A stretch of 64,000 nt of DNA from Convolutriloba macropyga (taxonomy: Eukaryota): positions 43,462,001 through 43,526,000 of the forward strand of contig NC_134469.1 of the NCBI RefSeq assembly GCF_964194025.1, written 5' to 3'. How positions within the stretch are numbered: the first letter of the stretch is position 1; each line of letters begins with the position of its first letter. Shown here piece after piece: positions 46,677 to 60,174 of the stretch. Below the pieces are notes generated by a model, which made no database searches, was not told where the DNA came from, and was given only the letters and a program-made list of their open reading frames with translations. The position numbers and the translations under genes are program-made.

Positions 46677-48048
46677 TTGTTCTTTTCTTAGAGAGAAGGC
46701 AGCACGGTTTCAGCAAAGAACCCAACAATTACTCAACTGCTCGTTTTTCTTGACTAAATTTATATTAACTTTGACAAGAACGTCGAACAGGTTATCATCT
46801 ACTTGGATTTTGCGAATGCTTTTGACAATGTAGACAATCCAATCTTGCTTACAAAGCTGTCGTTGTACGGCCTTGACAATGCTTTCCTGCAGCTTATGTT
46901 CTCATACTTAACGGGAAGAAACCAGCGTGTTAACATCAATGGAATATTGTCAGATGAAGTTACAATTACCAGTGGCGTTCCTCAAGGTAGTGTTCTTGGA
47001 CCTCTGCTATTTTTAATTTACATCGATGATATGTTATCACTACCGGAAAGTTCAAGATGTTTTTGTTTTGCAGATAACACCCAAGTTGTCAAGTGCCACC
47101 TCTGACATTTTTTACTGACTGTCAGAGAGATCTCAATAAACTTGTAGACTGGTCTTCAGAAAATGCTTTGAAGTTTAACGCAGAGAAATGTGTTTATATT
47201 CATATCTCAGAAGCACACAAATTCGAGTTCAAGATAGACCAGATTTCTTTAAAGAAAATTCACTAAACAACTGATTTAGGTGTTGAAATTTTATAGCAAT
47301 TTGAAGTGGAGTAGGCACATATGTAATAAGCTAACGAAAGCTCAAAGTTTTAATTGTCTAGACTTCGTGCCATATAGCCTACCAAACAAATTAAGCAAAA
47401 TTTGTACACCATGCGTTTTATCTATTCTCCTATACGCCTCTGTAGCGTGGTTTCCCGATATTGGTCAATTGAGATTATTAGAATAGTTCTAATGGAGAGG
47501 ATTGTGCTGGTGTGCTGGAAAACGCAGTTACATTTTAGCCCTGCAATATTCAGACAACATACCCATCTGCTCTCAGCTTGTTGAGCGATATCTTCGATTT
47601 TTTGTTTCTATAATGCTAGGGAAAACTTTTTTCAAGTTTGGGGTTTTTTTCACGCTGAAGATCCATTCCAGGAGTTTACGAAGCGAACACGCTAATCAAT
47701 TTGTCATCAAACCAACAATAAAGCAACGAACATCGAAGTCCCATTTCAAAAGAGTACAGGTTTGTGTAAATGATTTTAACGAGATGGGACCTATCAATAT
47801 TTTCAAACGACCAGCGGACCACAAATGCCTCCTGAGAGAGTTCATAAACCTTCGTGGCTCTCAGTTTGATTTAAACTACACATGCACTTGGTCCATTAAA
47901 TGTCGATGTACATTCTGCCGATATCCATTGTATAAAATATTATTTTTGTATCAATACCATATTCATAGAATTTCATCAAACGATATGTTGAAACCTCTTA
48001 TATTGATAAATTGAAGTCTTTTACTACTACTACTACTACTACTACTAC
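46677..48048 (+). mobile_element. 5'-truncated decayed LINE with (TAC)n tail, inserted in a repeat
   Basis: QHGF, DFANAFD, GVPQGSVLGP, FADN and CTWSIKCRCTFC. Its flanks are contiguous in the paralog at ~45541-45560. Confidence 0.9.
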
Positions 48049-50929
48049 AAAAATTCGAATTCTCGCTAGTGGTTTTTCGTTCACAAGCAGCAATTTCACT
48101 TTGAATTTTGCTGTTTTTTTTTTCATTTTTTGGATCCGATTTCTAAATCGTTTTCCCATTCTATTCATAGTTCATTCTAGGCCTAGTTTTTTGTTGCAAC
48201 CAAATTTGCATTCCTCGCTATTGGTTTTTCTCCACATGGGGCTTTTTGACATTGATTTTCTGTTTTTCCCAATTCACTCATAGTCAGTTATTGATCTACT
48301 TTTCTGTATAGTCAATGACAATTCTCTGAATTGTACGTCAGGACTTTTCCTGCTATGTTTTTTTTTACTTTTGGTCTTTTCGACATTTTACGTGAAATCT
48401 TTTTTTTACTTCTCCAGGCTAGTTTCACTCTTCTCCCATTCTGCTAAAAGTGTTTTTAGACAGCAGTTGCTCAGCAAAGCAATTCAAAATGAACGTGATA
48501 AACCCATAATGCCCGGTTTTAGATGCCTGTTACTCGAACTTTGTTCTTAGTTACCATCTCTAATGCTTAGTGGTATTGATACTAGCCCCTGTTTGGTCTC
48601 ACTACGAAACAGGAACATTTTCAGCTCTAAAATGATATCAAAATAGTTCGCACTTTAAAATTGTTTTCACAAAAATCATTTTTTTTCAATTGTTTTCTTC
48701 TTTCAATCCCCATAGTAGTTATGGGAGTCAACGGCGGCTATTTTTTTTTTAATGGTTTAGGTGGTTTTTCAATTTAATAGATTTTAATTTTGAGCTGTAT
48801 TTGTGAAAAATAATGGTGTAATGTCAATCAAAATTTCGCCCATTTTCGTCTTATAGGTGCTTTGCCTATATCTTCAAAATTACGGTTTTGGCAACTTTTT
48901 TATTGTTATTTTTTGCCTTAGAGCTTCTATAAAGGTGTTGCTACTAAGATTTGACAGTTCAAAGTTTAATACATCGCAATTTTTACTGAGAAAAAAATAA
49001 ATTTGTAATTTCTTTCCTAATTTTCGTCGTTCCCTTTTTTTTTGCTGTTTAGCGTTTCTCTGTCAGGAGTTGCACAGTGCACTAATCTAGCAGGAGAATT
49101 TATTAAGCATTTACCAGATTAACAATCGAGAGATTGTGTTGTCACATTTTTTGATTTTTTAAGCATTTTTCTCCCATTTCTTCAGTTTTCTATTATGTAG
49201 CGTTTATCTCATTTTTTTAAATATCTAAGGGTGGTAAAGTATGGAATGAAGACTGTTTGTATAGGATGTTTTGAGAATATTGGTATTGGTAGCGCAACTT
49301 ATGTTGAAATTCTATCGGATATTTTGGCAGATATCGTTTTTGGCCTCTCTCCAGATTGTCCAAGTTTTCGTGAAATATTTTAAATTTTTTAGGCTTGTTT
49401 GATTCTTATTTTTCTGCTCAGTACTTTAAAACAGCAGTTGCTCAGTAAAACAATCTAAAATGACCGAATCGGTATCAAAAAGCGAAATCAAATTTTGAAA
49501 GGGGATAAAATGTTTAAGCCCATTTTTAAAAGCCCTCTACTTGAACTTTGTTATGATAAATCTTATTTACCCTCTCTAATGCTTATTGGTTTTGATACTA
49601 GCCGCATGTATTCTCTCATTAAAGAATAGGATTATGTCTAACTACAAAATGAAATAATTATTCTTCGCCTTTTTAATGTTTTTTACACCAATTTTATCCA
49701 TTTCTGTTCTGTCAATTATAATAGGATTTAGGGCATCAATAGCGGCTTTTTTCGACAATCTGTCAAGTGTTTTTTGTAACCATATATTTTGTTGTGATTT
49801 ATAAGGCAGGAAATGAAACGATGCAAAAATTCGAACTCGTTTGAGTGTTCGCGAAAAGGAGTGGAGCGAAATGAGATTGTTCATATCGCCGTTTCCGGGA
49901 GAGCGAGAAATTGAAGCGTGAAAACAATGTTTTTGTTATTGAGCTGATTATTGTTCGGATGTGGCTTTTTCAAGCCGTTTTTTTAATTTGAACTTTTTTT
50001 TGTGGTTAAGAAATATGAATCGGCTATAGTAAATTTTATCGTCTTGATTGGATAGTGTTTAATTTCTCTCAAACAAAGTGTAGCAATTACATTAGTCTTG
50101 CGGTCTTTTTCATGTGATTTTCGATTTTTCGAATGACCTATTCGACTCTTCGTCCTCAAAAACCCTTAGAGCCTTACGCCTTACTAGTCTCTAAGTATGC
50201 GATTCACCAAAACTGTTTTGAATAGACAACAGCGGGTGTGAGGGGGAGGTTCTTAGTCTTAAAAGTTTGACCCCCCTCACTCATTTCATTCTTCGTGGAG
50301 GGAGTTTTTGTTCATTCGCTTGATAAATTTTTGGTCACACGTAGCTTACCTCACTTTAAAAAATGACTTCCTCACTCTGAAATTGACCTTTCTTTACTTT
50401 AATTCAAAGAGATGTCAACTAAGTGTCTGTCTAATTCAAAGAGATAAGGTCAACTAAGTGTCTAGCACTCCTAATTGACGCTTCTTTTGAGGACAGCTAA
50501 TGGAAGCAGTAACATATCAAACAGATTCTTAATCAAATTTTAACATCTCAGCAGATTTTGCAAGAGTATTCTCGAATATAATTTCGCTCGCTTGAGCGAT
50601 TATAGTTGAATCAGGTTGCCTCCCTGTGCTTCATCTAGGTAAGCCCAAGGCCAATCCCTCACCTGTCGATCAAGAGCAGTGTTGCCAATGTAGTCGGTAG
50701 TGTTTCTCGTGATAATTTAATATCTCAGCATTTAGTAATTAGTTTTTTTGGTCTGTATCTTTTAATATCTTTTGGAGATCTACGAAGCTACTGCAGCTAT
50801 TATCTGGCAATCTACCAGCTACGTTTTGTAGTTTTTGGGTAATTATTTTGAGATTATTGCTAATTTTGAGGTTTTCTGTTTTTGCGGGTTTTTAGTCTTT
50901 TTTAGTGATTGATGCAACTATTGATTAAC

Positions 50930-53900
50930 GGTTCGTTTCATCACAGAGTTTTGTTAATTATGACAGAGAAATGAGAAATTTTTAAACCATTTTACCAATT
51001 TGTTGCAATTTTTCTATTCTTCGAAAAGAATTTTGAGCCTATCATGGCTTGCCTATTGTCCGAGACTTCCTTTGAGTTCAATTGCTTTCCTTTTTCGTTA
51101 TTAGTACTAGTAATTGCTATCCCACAAATTTTTAGCATTTGTATCAGTCCTATGTTAATTTTATGCAATTTGTCGTTTGCAAATTTTTTGTCTGACGCTT
51201 TTGACTTTATCCTCAAAAGCGGGCTAAACATGTAACTATCGGAGGGCATTAAGTTCTGAGAGTCTTACGCCTTACTAGACTATGAATCTGACTCAAAAAA
51301 CTTTTGAGACAAATTCCTGATGTGGATGGTGGTCCTTAGAGTTTGATGTTCCTTCACCCTGACCCATACTTCACCTCCCCTCTCGCGACCCGCCGAACTC
51401 ACCAACCCCCATGCGCACCCCACACCAACTTCAATTAGGCTAAACCTAGCGTTCTAAACCGCAGCAGCTGCGGACAAATGCTTCCGCTAGTCTTTCTTTG
51501 AAAGTAACTCGCGCTACGTTAGTTTTCAAGTTAAAAAGAATCGAAAACTTATTCTGATTGGGCTTTACGATAAGGTGCAGCTTTTGGTTTTTGGCTTGTT
51601 TTAGGGCTGTTTGATTTCTTTAAGTGTTTTGAGTAGTTTCAGTAGTCATTGGTTCCTTGGATGGGGGTTAGTTTTTGCGGCACGGACTTTTTGAGTCGTT
51701 TCATTAGTCCTTGCTGCTTTTTAAAATCAATTCGCACATGTTCGTACTTCTTGTGACAATTTGAAGTCAAATTTGAGTGGTTTTTTCAGTCACGCTAGAT
51801 AAGTAAAGGGATTGAAGAAGAGTGGTTTGTAGCGTGAAATTTTTGATCGTTTTAATGTCCTGTCTTTTTGAAAATCGATAAGACTAAATGATTAAAGAAA
51901 ACAGCATAATTGATGACTTTTTCTCATGAACAAAGGAAAAATTTTGAGCCAAATTTTCAAAAAGTCAATTCGGCAAACTCCCTATCTATGATGTTGAAAG
52001 CACTAACACTTTCGCTAAAATTTTATCGCAAAGTGAACAAAATTTGAGCAAAAATCTAGAAATCAGCCGAATGTGCACAAAACTTGGCGTTGATAACTCC
52101 TCCAAGGAGACTAAAGTCAGAAAATCTTTTTAATTTGAAATTTTGCGCTCGATTGGCTTTTTGATCGAGGTATGAATGAAGTTTGTTATTGGTTTTAGTT
52201 GAGTTGAGACTTGTTGGTTTTTATGTTTTCAAGTAATTTTAGTGAATTTTTAAATTTTAAACGTTTTTGTTGTTCGTGTTTCCTCGCACTCAATATCATC
52301 AATGACTTATTTCTAATGAGGCGAAGGTGAATCTATTAGTCTTTCAGTTGATAGCTATTTGTTTTACCTTGATTTACTTTTTTCACTTTTGTTTGTTTTG
52401 ATGCCCTGTACTAAAAGCTTGCTAATGACAGGTCTGATTGACTGTATAATGAAACTTTATTATTTAAAATTCTTTTTATATCCTGCTTCTCCGGCTTAAT
52501 GCTGACATGTCTTAATACTTAAGTTTAATGCTTGACTCATATTGTTACATTTTTGAGATTTGACCGTAGTTAATGCTCTGTTCTAATGTTTGATCACTTA
52601 CTTTCTTTGAAAAATCCGTTTGCTTTTGAAGTTTATTATAAACTCTTTGGTTTGATTTTTTTTAAAATTAATTTTTCTCATTGTCATGTTTGCTACAGTA
52701 CAATGCTATTTTTTTTGTTTTGCCCTAATGTCTCCTTTTTCTGTGAACTGTCATAATAATGACAGATCTCTTATGATGAGGCTTTATAATTAGGCCTAAT
52801 TGAGAATGTTAAATAGTTTCAGTTTAAAACCAAGTTTTTAAATGACTTTCATTTTACTTGTTTTCACAAAATTTAGTTTGTTTTTGATTTTTAACAGTGG
52901 TTGTTGGTTTTGTTCTCTTTTCGCTCAGTCTTGCCGATGAGAAGTCTCGTTTGGCTATATGTGCTTTCTAATGGCCCATGCTCTGATGTGATTAACGGTT
53001 TTAATGTATTGCTACGTATTTTTGTTAAGTATGACAGAAAATTGAGAAATTTTGTAACCAATTTTCATCTATTTCTTGCAATTTTTCTGTTCTTCAAAAA
53101 TAGCGGATTTTGAGCCTATCAAGGCTCCTTATTGTTCGAGACTTTCATTGATTTCAATTGCTTTCCTTTTTAGTTATTAAGTCAACTTGTGCTCTCTGAC
53201 AAAGTTTTAGCAATTATATTATTCGTATGTTATTTTTATGCAATTTTTCGCTCACAAATTTATCGTGTGACCCTTTTGACTTCATCCTCAAAAGCGTCAT
53301 AAACAGTTAACTCCTTGAGTTCTATGAGAGTCTGACGCCTTACTAGACTATGAATCTGACTCACAAAACTTATGAGACATAAATTCCTGATGTGAATGGT
53401 GGTCCTTAGAGTACCTTTTGATTCCTTCACCCTTATCCCTACTTCATCTCCTCTCTCGCAACCCGCCGAACTCACCGCCCCCATGCGCACCCCACACCAA
53501 CTTCAATTAGACTAAAGCTAGCGTTCTAAACCGCAACAGCCACGGAGAAATGCATCAGCTAGCCTTTCTTTGAGAGGAATTCTCGCTACGTTAGTGTTCT
53601 TTTGATTGGAATTTTCCGAAAGGGTGCAGTATTTGGTTTTTTGTCAATTCGACCATGTTCGGATTTATAATGTCAATATGAAATCAAATTTGAGTGGTAT
53701 TTTCAGTCAAGCTAGATTAGTAAAGGAAGCGAAGAAGAGTAATTTAAAGCGTGAAATGTTTGATCGTTTTAATGTCTTGTCTTTTTGAAAATCGATAGGA
53801 CTTAATGATTAAAGATAACGCGCAACAGCAGAGTTGACGCCATTTTTCAGGAAAAAAGGACAAATATTCAGCCCAAGTTTCAAAAAAAGAAATTAAACAG

Positions 53901-54770
53901 TTCGACAAACCTCCCATATCTAAGTTTGAAAGCAATAGCACTATCGTCAAACTTTTTAGCAAAATGAACGAAATTTGAGCAAAAATCTAGAAATCAGCCG
54001 AATGTGCACAAAACTAGGCTTTAATAACTCCTCAAAAGAGACGAAAATCGAATCTTTTTTAATTGTATTTCTGAGCTCGATCGGCTTCTGATTGAGGCAT
54101 GAAATATAGTTATTAATTGCTCTCAAACGAAGTTTGTAGCAATTATATTAGTCCTGTCGGTCTTTTTTTAATGCGATTTTTCGCTTGACCGATTTTTCGT
54201 CTGACGCGTTTGACTTTTCGTCCTCAAAAACGGGATAAACAGGTAGCGCCCAGCGGGCATTAAGTGCTCTTAGAGCCTTTCAGCTCAAACTGTTTTGAAG
54301 ACCTATACTTATACTTATGGTGTGAAGGGCGGTTCTTAGAGGTTGAGACACCTCACCACCCCCCCCCCCCCCCCTGTTGACCCCCCCCCCACCCCCACTA
54401 TTGCCTCCCCCCGCGCTGTTGCCCCCTCCCAACCTAGTGTTGCCCCCCATCAGCCCCGGTGCAACCCCCCCCCCCCCCCCCCCCCCCGTGGCTAGCTACT
54501 GACGAAGCCAACCGCTCGTCGGTCGTTTGAGAGCAATTCGCCGACGTCGGTTATGTTTAATGGTTTAGTTCTGAGTTGTTGCTTTTTGTTTTCAAATAAA
54601 CTTAAGTGAATTTTTCAGTTTTACACGTTTTTGTTTTTCGTGTTTCCTGTCACTCAATATCATTAATGACTTATTTCTAACGAGGCGTAGGTGAATCTAT
54701 CAGTGTTTCGGTTGGTAGCTATTTGTTTTACCTTGATTTACTTTTTTCAACTTTGTTTGTTTTCATGCCC
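50930..54770. repeat. Diverged duplication (~50930-52410 vs ~52990-54770); the second copy is interrupted by a family A element
   Basis: Collinear similarity, e.g. CCCCATGCGCACCCCACACCAACTTCAATTAG and AATTTGAGCAAAAATCTAGAAATCAGCCGAATGTGCACAAAACT in both. Confidence 0.85.
54115..54554 (+). mobile_element. HINE-like element, family A, with poly-C tracts
   Basis: Perfect 16-bp subTIRs AATTGCTCTCAAACGA / TCGTTTGAGAGCAATT and palindrome CCGACGTCGG; absent from the paralogous site at ~52185. Confidence 0.75.
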
Positions 54771-55164
54771 TTTCTCATTGAATTGCTACAAACTGAGAAC
54801 AAAATGAAATAAAGGACGCCACATAAGGACAATGAGGCGTATTCTTATTCAGAATAAGACAAACAAAAACAACAATTACCTGCAAAACTACTGTTTTCTA
54901 AATGAAAAGCAAATATCATCAGTCAAAAATCATTAATTCAGTCAAAGCACTGTTCAGATTGAGTTTTTTCAGGAAGGAGAAAAATCTTTTTTTATTGTCT
55001 CTAAGACAAAAAACAAAAAAAAGCGAAAAACGAAAAAAAAGTGGGATCACAAATTCTTTTTGAAAATTAATAACTTTCAAAGTTATTAGCTGTCGAATGT
55101 CATTAAAAACTAAGGTCATTTAAACTGGTAGCTATTAAAAAAACCTTTTGCATAAGCTCTCTTT

Positions 55165-57507
55165 TGTTTTTCCGAACCCTCTTGAAGGGGAAGGAACTAT
55201 ATACTCAAATGGGTTTTTTTTTGTTCAGACAATTTTGGCCGATCGATATATTCATCGTTGAGAGATGAGAAAATGTTATCATTAGAAAACTATTTTTACT
55301 ATTTTAAACATTAAATTTACAGGAAGTACAGACCGAAACACCACAAACACAATCTTTATAGACTCGAAAGGGGCTTTTTTTACTTCAAATTCCGCTGAGA
55401 GTGTTCTGTAATTAAAACTTTGCCGTTTTTTGCTAAATTTATTCGTTGATTATCAAAAACGCAGCATCTATTTTTGAATTTTTAACTAACAAAAAATCAA
55501 AATCTATGACATTCGAATAATTATGTGTTCCTGATGGACAAACAGCATTAGACCAATCTTGGACTATTTTTGGGCTATTTTTGGACCAATCTTGGACTGG
55601 TATAATCCAAAAAGAACTCGGATTGTAATCAGTCGGTCTTTTTTTTCAAAAAAAAATCGATATTTTCTACATTGAATTAATACAGAACACTTCAAACCAA
55701 AGGTCACTAATGATAGGCTCAATTGGATTCCTAATTAGCTGCACATTGTTATATCTAGTTGATTACTTGAAAGCTTATGGTCTTTTTTGTTTTTAAAAGT
55801 ATTTGATTTTTAAATAAATTATGACTTAGTGAACTTTGCCTCTTATTTTTCTCTTTATTTGGTCAACTTGTAGCTTATTGTCAGCAATGAAAGAATGCTT
55901 CTTCGTTCTATTGAAATCAAATTCAATCTTTATTGCGGTTCTACGCCTTAATTTCTGGTTTTCTGGCTTTAATACTACTAGATTTCACATTTTTTTAAAT
56001 TTTTATTTTGCCCATTTTTCAAGTTTTCTAGTTTTGTCACATTATCACGTATTGACAGTTCATATATCACTTTTGATATATCACAAAATTGATAATTTTA
56101 AAATCCTAGAAGATATAGATTGTGATTTTAACGGCTTCGACACTACTTTGTCGAAGAATTTATTTGAATTTTTTATGTTTTGTCTTTATTTGTCGCTGTT
56201 ACTTTGTTTTTTTTAGTCGAATGAATTTTCCTGTGCAATGACCCGGTTTCGTTGGTTTTTAATTGCAGAATAGATGAGCCGATATTCTGATATTAGTAGA
56301 TAGCTGATGGCTTTCATGACTCCGAAAACAATTGTCTTCCAAATTAAAAAAAAACACTTAACTTCGCAATTTTGTTCCTTTTATTGTCTGTTTGTTGTCT
56401 AGTCTCGTTAATTAAAGGCCAAATATGACATTATTTTTGTCAAAGGAAGGCTTCAAAGGGGATTGGTGTTACACAATCTAATGTTTTTAAAGAATTCGTT
56501 GACTTTACTGGCTTCGACGCAGAAAAAAAAATAAATTCATTTTTGATTTTTGTTATGTTTGACATTCTTTTTGTAGACGTAAGACTTATTCTGGATAATT
56601 TCATTTCTCAAGTGCTTCCTTTGAGAGAATTAACGAAAATATTTAAGTATTTCATTCTGTAATTAGTGGCGTTGATGTCTGGAAATATTTTTTTCGAAAA
56701 AAATTAAAGTGTTAACTTATTTTGCATTTTTTTAATTTTTGTCTGCTTCTTACTTAGCTTCATTAATGAGAGGTCACATAATACATTATCGGTGCTTGCA
56801 CAAAATGCAAGCAAACATATTTTGATGGCCATAGTATAGTTTTACGGTTTCGAAAGCGTTTTCTTCCACGTTTTAGTTGATTTTTTGTTTGTTGTCTATT
56901 TGATGTTCTTGTAACCGCATAAAAAATTGAATATCGGCATTTCTTAATGCCTCTATGGAAGGATTGGTAATAGTACACCTAGGGGATATTTTAGTTGATT
57001 TCTAATGGTTTTCATTACTTTGAAATTAATTGTTTTAAAATAATCAAGCGAATTTTTCAACTTTAACTGTTTTTCTTTATTGTCTAATTGTTACCTAGCT
57101 TTTTTATTGAGTAGTCCCATATCTTTTCTGATGGATAACAAGTTATTTTGTTTAATATCAGTTTTATCTGACGCTTTCTTTGACTTTGTTATTAAGTTTT
57201 GTTGTTTAAAACGGACGTGAAGTTTTTGATGTAATTAGTTTTGTTGTTTTTGTTTGATTTTGCTGTTCGTCTTGACTGGCTTTCTTAATATTTGCACATC
57301 TTATCAATCTAATGCACCATTTTTCTACTCCACCACTGAGTTATTCGCTTCGGAGGCTATCTTTTCGTTCGTACACCAATTTTTTTTTTAAATACTTGAA
57401 TTTTTGGGTTTTGCTATGTTCCTCATTTGGTAGACAATCATGCCAAAATTGTGGATGAGCAGGGTCGGAACCTTATGTGCGATCGCACATTACCGAGTCG
57501 CCTTGTT
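55165..57507 (+). mobile_element. HINE-like element, family B, copy 2
   Basis: 3' GGGTCGGAAC with ATGTGC-GATC-GCACAT; homologous to copy 1. Confidence 0.7.
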
Positions 57508-57598
57508 TCATTGTAAGGCCAAAGATTTGTCTTGATGAGACTAAATGGTGAGACTGGAAAATTAAACTAATGGCAACTTTAGAACACCACGTGGCGTT

Positions 57599-60174
57599 AA
57601 TTGTTCCGACCCTCTTGAGGGGGGAGGAACTATATACTCAACTGGGTTTTTTTCGTTCCGTGAATTTTCGCCGCTCGATATATTCATCGTAGAGAGTTGA
57701 GACTGGTATCATTAGAAAGCTCATCCAGCGTAGAATGTGGAATTAAAAAGATTTTTTTAATTTTCGATTTCTACAGAGAGTTATCGAGGTTTAAAGTTCT
57801 GAGAAAAGAAGAGTGAATTCACGTTGTTTTTATTCACATTTTCCGGAATTTTTGCCTAAATTTTCGTCAATTTTGCTAAAATTTGTTATAATTTTTAAGA
57901 ATAGTGTCGTTGATTTTATTTTTGAAGACGAACAAGCATTGTTGATTGTTTTGATTTAATTTTTTTGGTCAAAAAATCTGGATAAACATTTCAAAATTTA
58001 AACTTTTTCATCAAAAACAGCACGAAATAAGCTAATTTAGTCCACTTTGGTTAAATTTGCCGACAGTACATCCCCAAACAACACTCAAAAAATCTTTGTA
58101 GACTCAGAGGGGGGCTATTTCTACTTCAGAGTCCGCTGAGAGTGCACTGTAGTTAAAACCTTGCCGTTTTTTGCCAACTTTACTCGTTGATTATCAAAAA
58201 TGCAGAATTTATTTTGAGTTTTCAACTAACAAATTATCTATATATACAACATTCGAAAAATCATTTATTCCTAAGGGACAATAAGTATTATTAGGGCTTG
58301 TTTTTGGCCATTCTAGGACTGTTACAATCCAAAAAAAATCGGGTTTTAATCAGTCGGTCTTTTTTTTTAAAAAAAAGACTTTTTTTAATAATAAAAAACA
58401 GAACATATCAAATCAAAGCTCAGGAGTGATAGGTCCAACCGATTTGCTTGTTATGCAGCTCCAAGCTAATGCATTAAGTTTTTTAATTGAAAATTTATGG
58501 TCGTTTCTTTTTTTAAAAATAATTGACCTTTCAATAAATAATGGCTTAATTAACTTTTTCTCTACTTTTTTTCTTAATTTGTACAACTTCCAGCTTAATG
58601 TCAGCAAAAAAACGACCGTTTCTTCTTTCTACTTATTTAACATTTATTCTCAGTTGCAGTTTTAAGCCTGAAATTATTGTTTATTGGCTTTGATACCACA
58701 AGATTTCACCTCATTAGCATTCAGAATAAGGCACAATTGAACATATTAAAATTCTGAAAGATATACATCATCGTTTTAACGGCCTCGACGCCTCTTTCTT
58801 GAAGAAATCAATTGAATTTTTTAATTTTGTCTCTAACTGTCATTTATACTTTGTCATTTCGGTCGTATGAAATTTCCTGTATAGTGATAGCTTTCATTGG
58901 CTTTTCACAGAAGAGTAGAAGAACCGATATTCTGATATTAGTAGATAGCTGATGGCTTTCATGACGATCAAAACAATCGTTTTCCAAAATTAAAAAAAAA
59001 AATTCAACTTCGCAATTTTGTTCTTTTTATGTTTCTTTTTGTTACCTAATCTCGTTAGTTAACTACAGGTCAAATATAACATTATGGGTGTCAAAGGAAT
59101 AAGAGGGATTGGTGTCCCAAAATCTTTTAAAGAATTTGTTATGACCTTACTGGCTTCGACACCGGTTTTTCACAAAAAAAAAGTAAACTAATGTGATTTT
59201 TGTCATATTTGACGTTCTTTTTGTAGATGCAAGAAATATTCTGGATAATTACAGGTCTCGAGGGCTTTTTTTTAATAAACGACCCTATTTAAATAGCTCT
59301 TTTTGTTATTAATGCCTTTCATGACATTAAATGTAATTTTGGTTTCGAAAAAAAAAATTACATACTTTAGCACTTCGCTTTTTTGTCTGCTTGTTACCTA
59401 GTCTTACTAATGAATAGCCACGTACTAAATTATAGCTGTTTGAAGAAGGCGCAATCAAATGTATTTTGAGTGCTAAAAATTGGCTTGACGGTTTTGACAG
59501 CATTTTCTGGCAAGTTTCAATTGAAATTTTGTTTGTTCTTTGTTGTTCTTTTTAGCCGCTTTAAAAAATGAATAAGGACAGGTCCTAATGCCCTTTTATA
59601 GAAGTAGTGGAAATAATAAATTTGTGGTAATATTATTTGATTCCTAATGGTATTTATTACTTTGAAATTAACTGTTTCAAAAAAATAAGTTAATTTTTTT
59701 ACTTTACTGTTTTTGTTCTTTCTTGTATAATTGTTACCAAACCTTTTTATGGACTGGTCGCATATGTTTTCTGGGGATTTATAAGTTATTTTTGTTTAGT
59801 TTTGGGTTTATCTGACGGTATGTTGATTTTGTTATTAAATTTAGTTTTTAAGAGGGACATAAATTTTTTGATGTAATTAATGTTTGTTGTTGTTGTTGTT
59901 TGATTTTGCTTTTCGTCTTGACTCGCTTTCTTAATATTGACATATTACAGCAATCTAATGCATCAACTTTTACTCCACTGAGTTATTTGCTTTGGAGGCT
60001 ATCTTATCGTTGATACAGAATTTTTTGAAAAAGACTTGGGCTTTTTTGGGAATCGCAAAAAATAATTTTTGGGTTCTTCTATCTGTTCCTCATTTGGTAG
60101 ACAATTATGTCAAATTTGTGGATGGGCGGGGTCGGAACCTTATGTGCCATCGCACATTACCGAGCCGCCTTGTT
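57599..60174 (+). mobile_element. HINE-like element, family B, copy 3 (nearly tandem with copy 2)
   Basis: 5' GTTCCGACCC; 3' GGGGTCGGAAC with ATGTGC-CATC-GCACAT. Confidence 0.72.
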
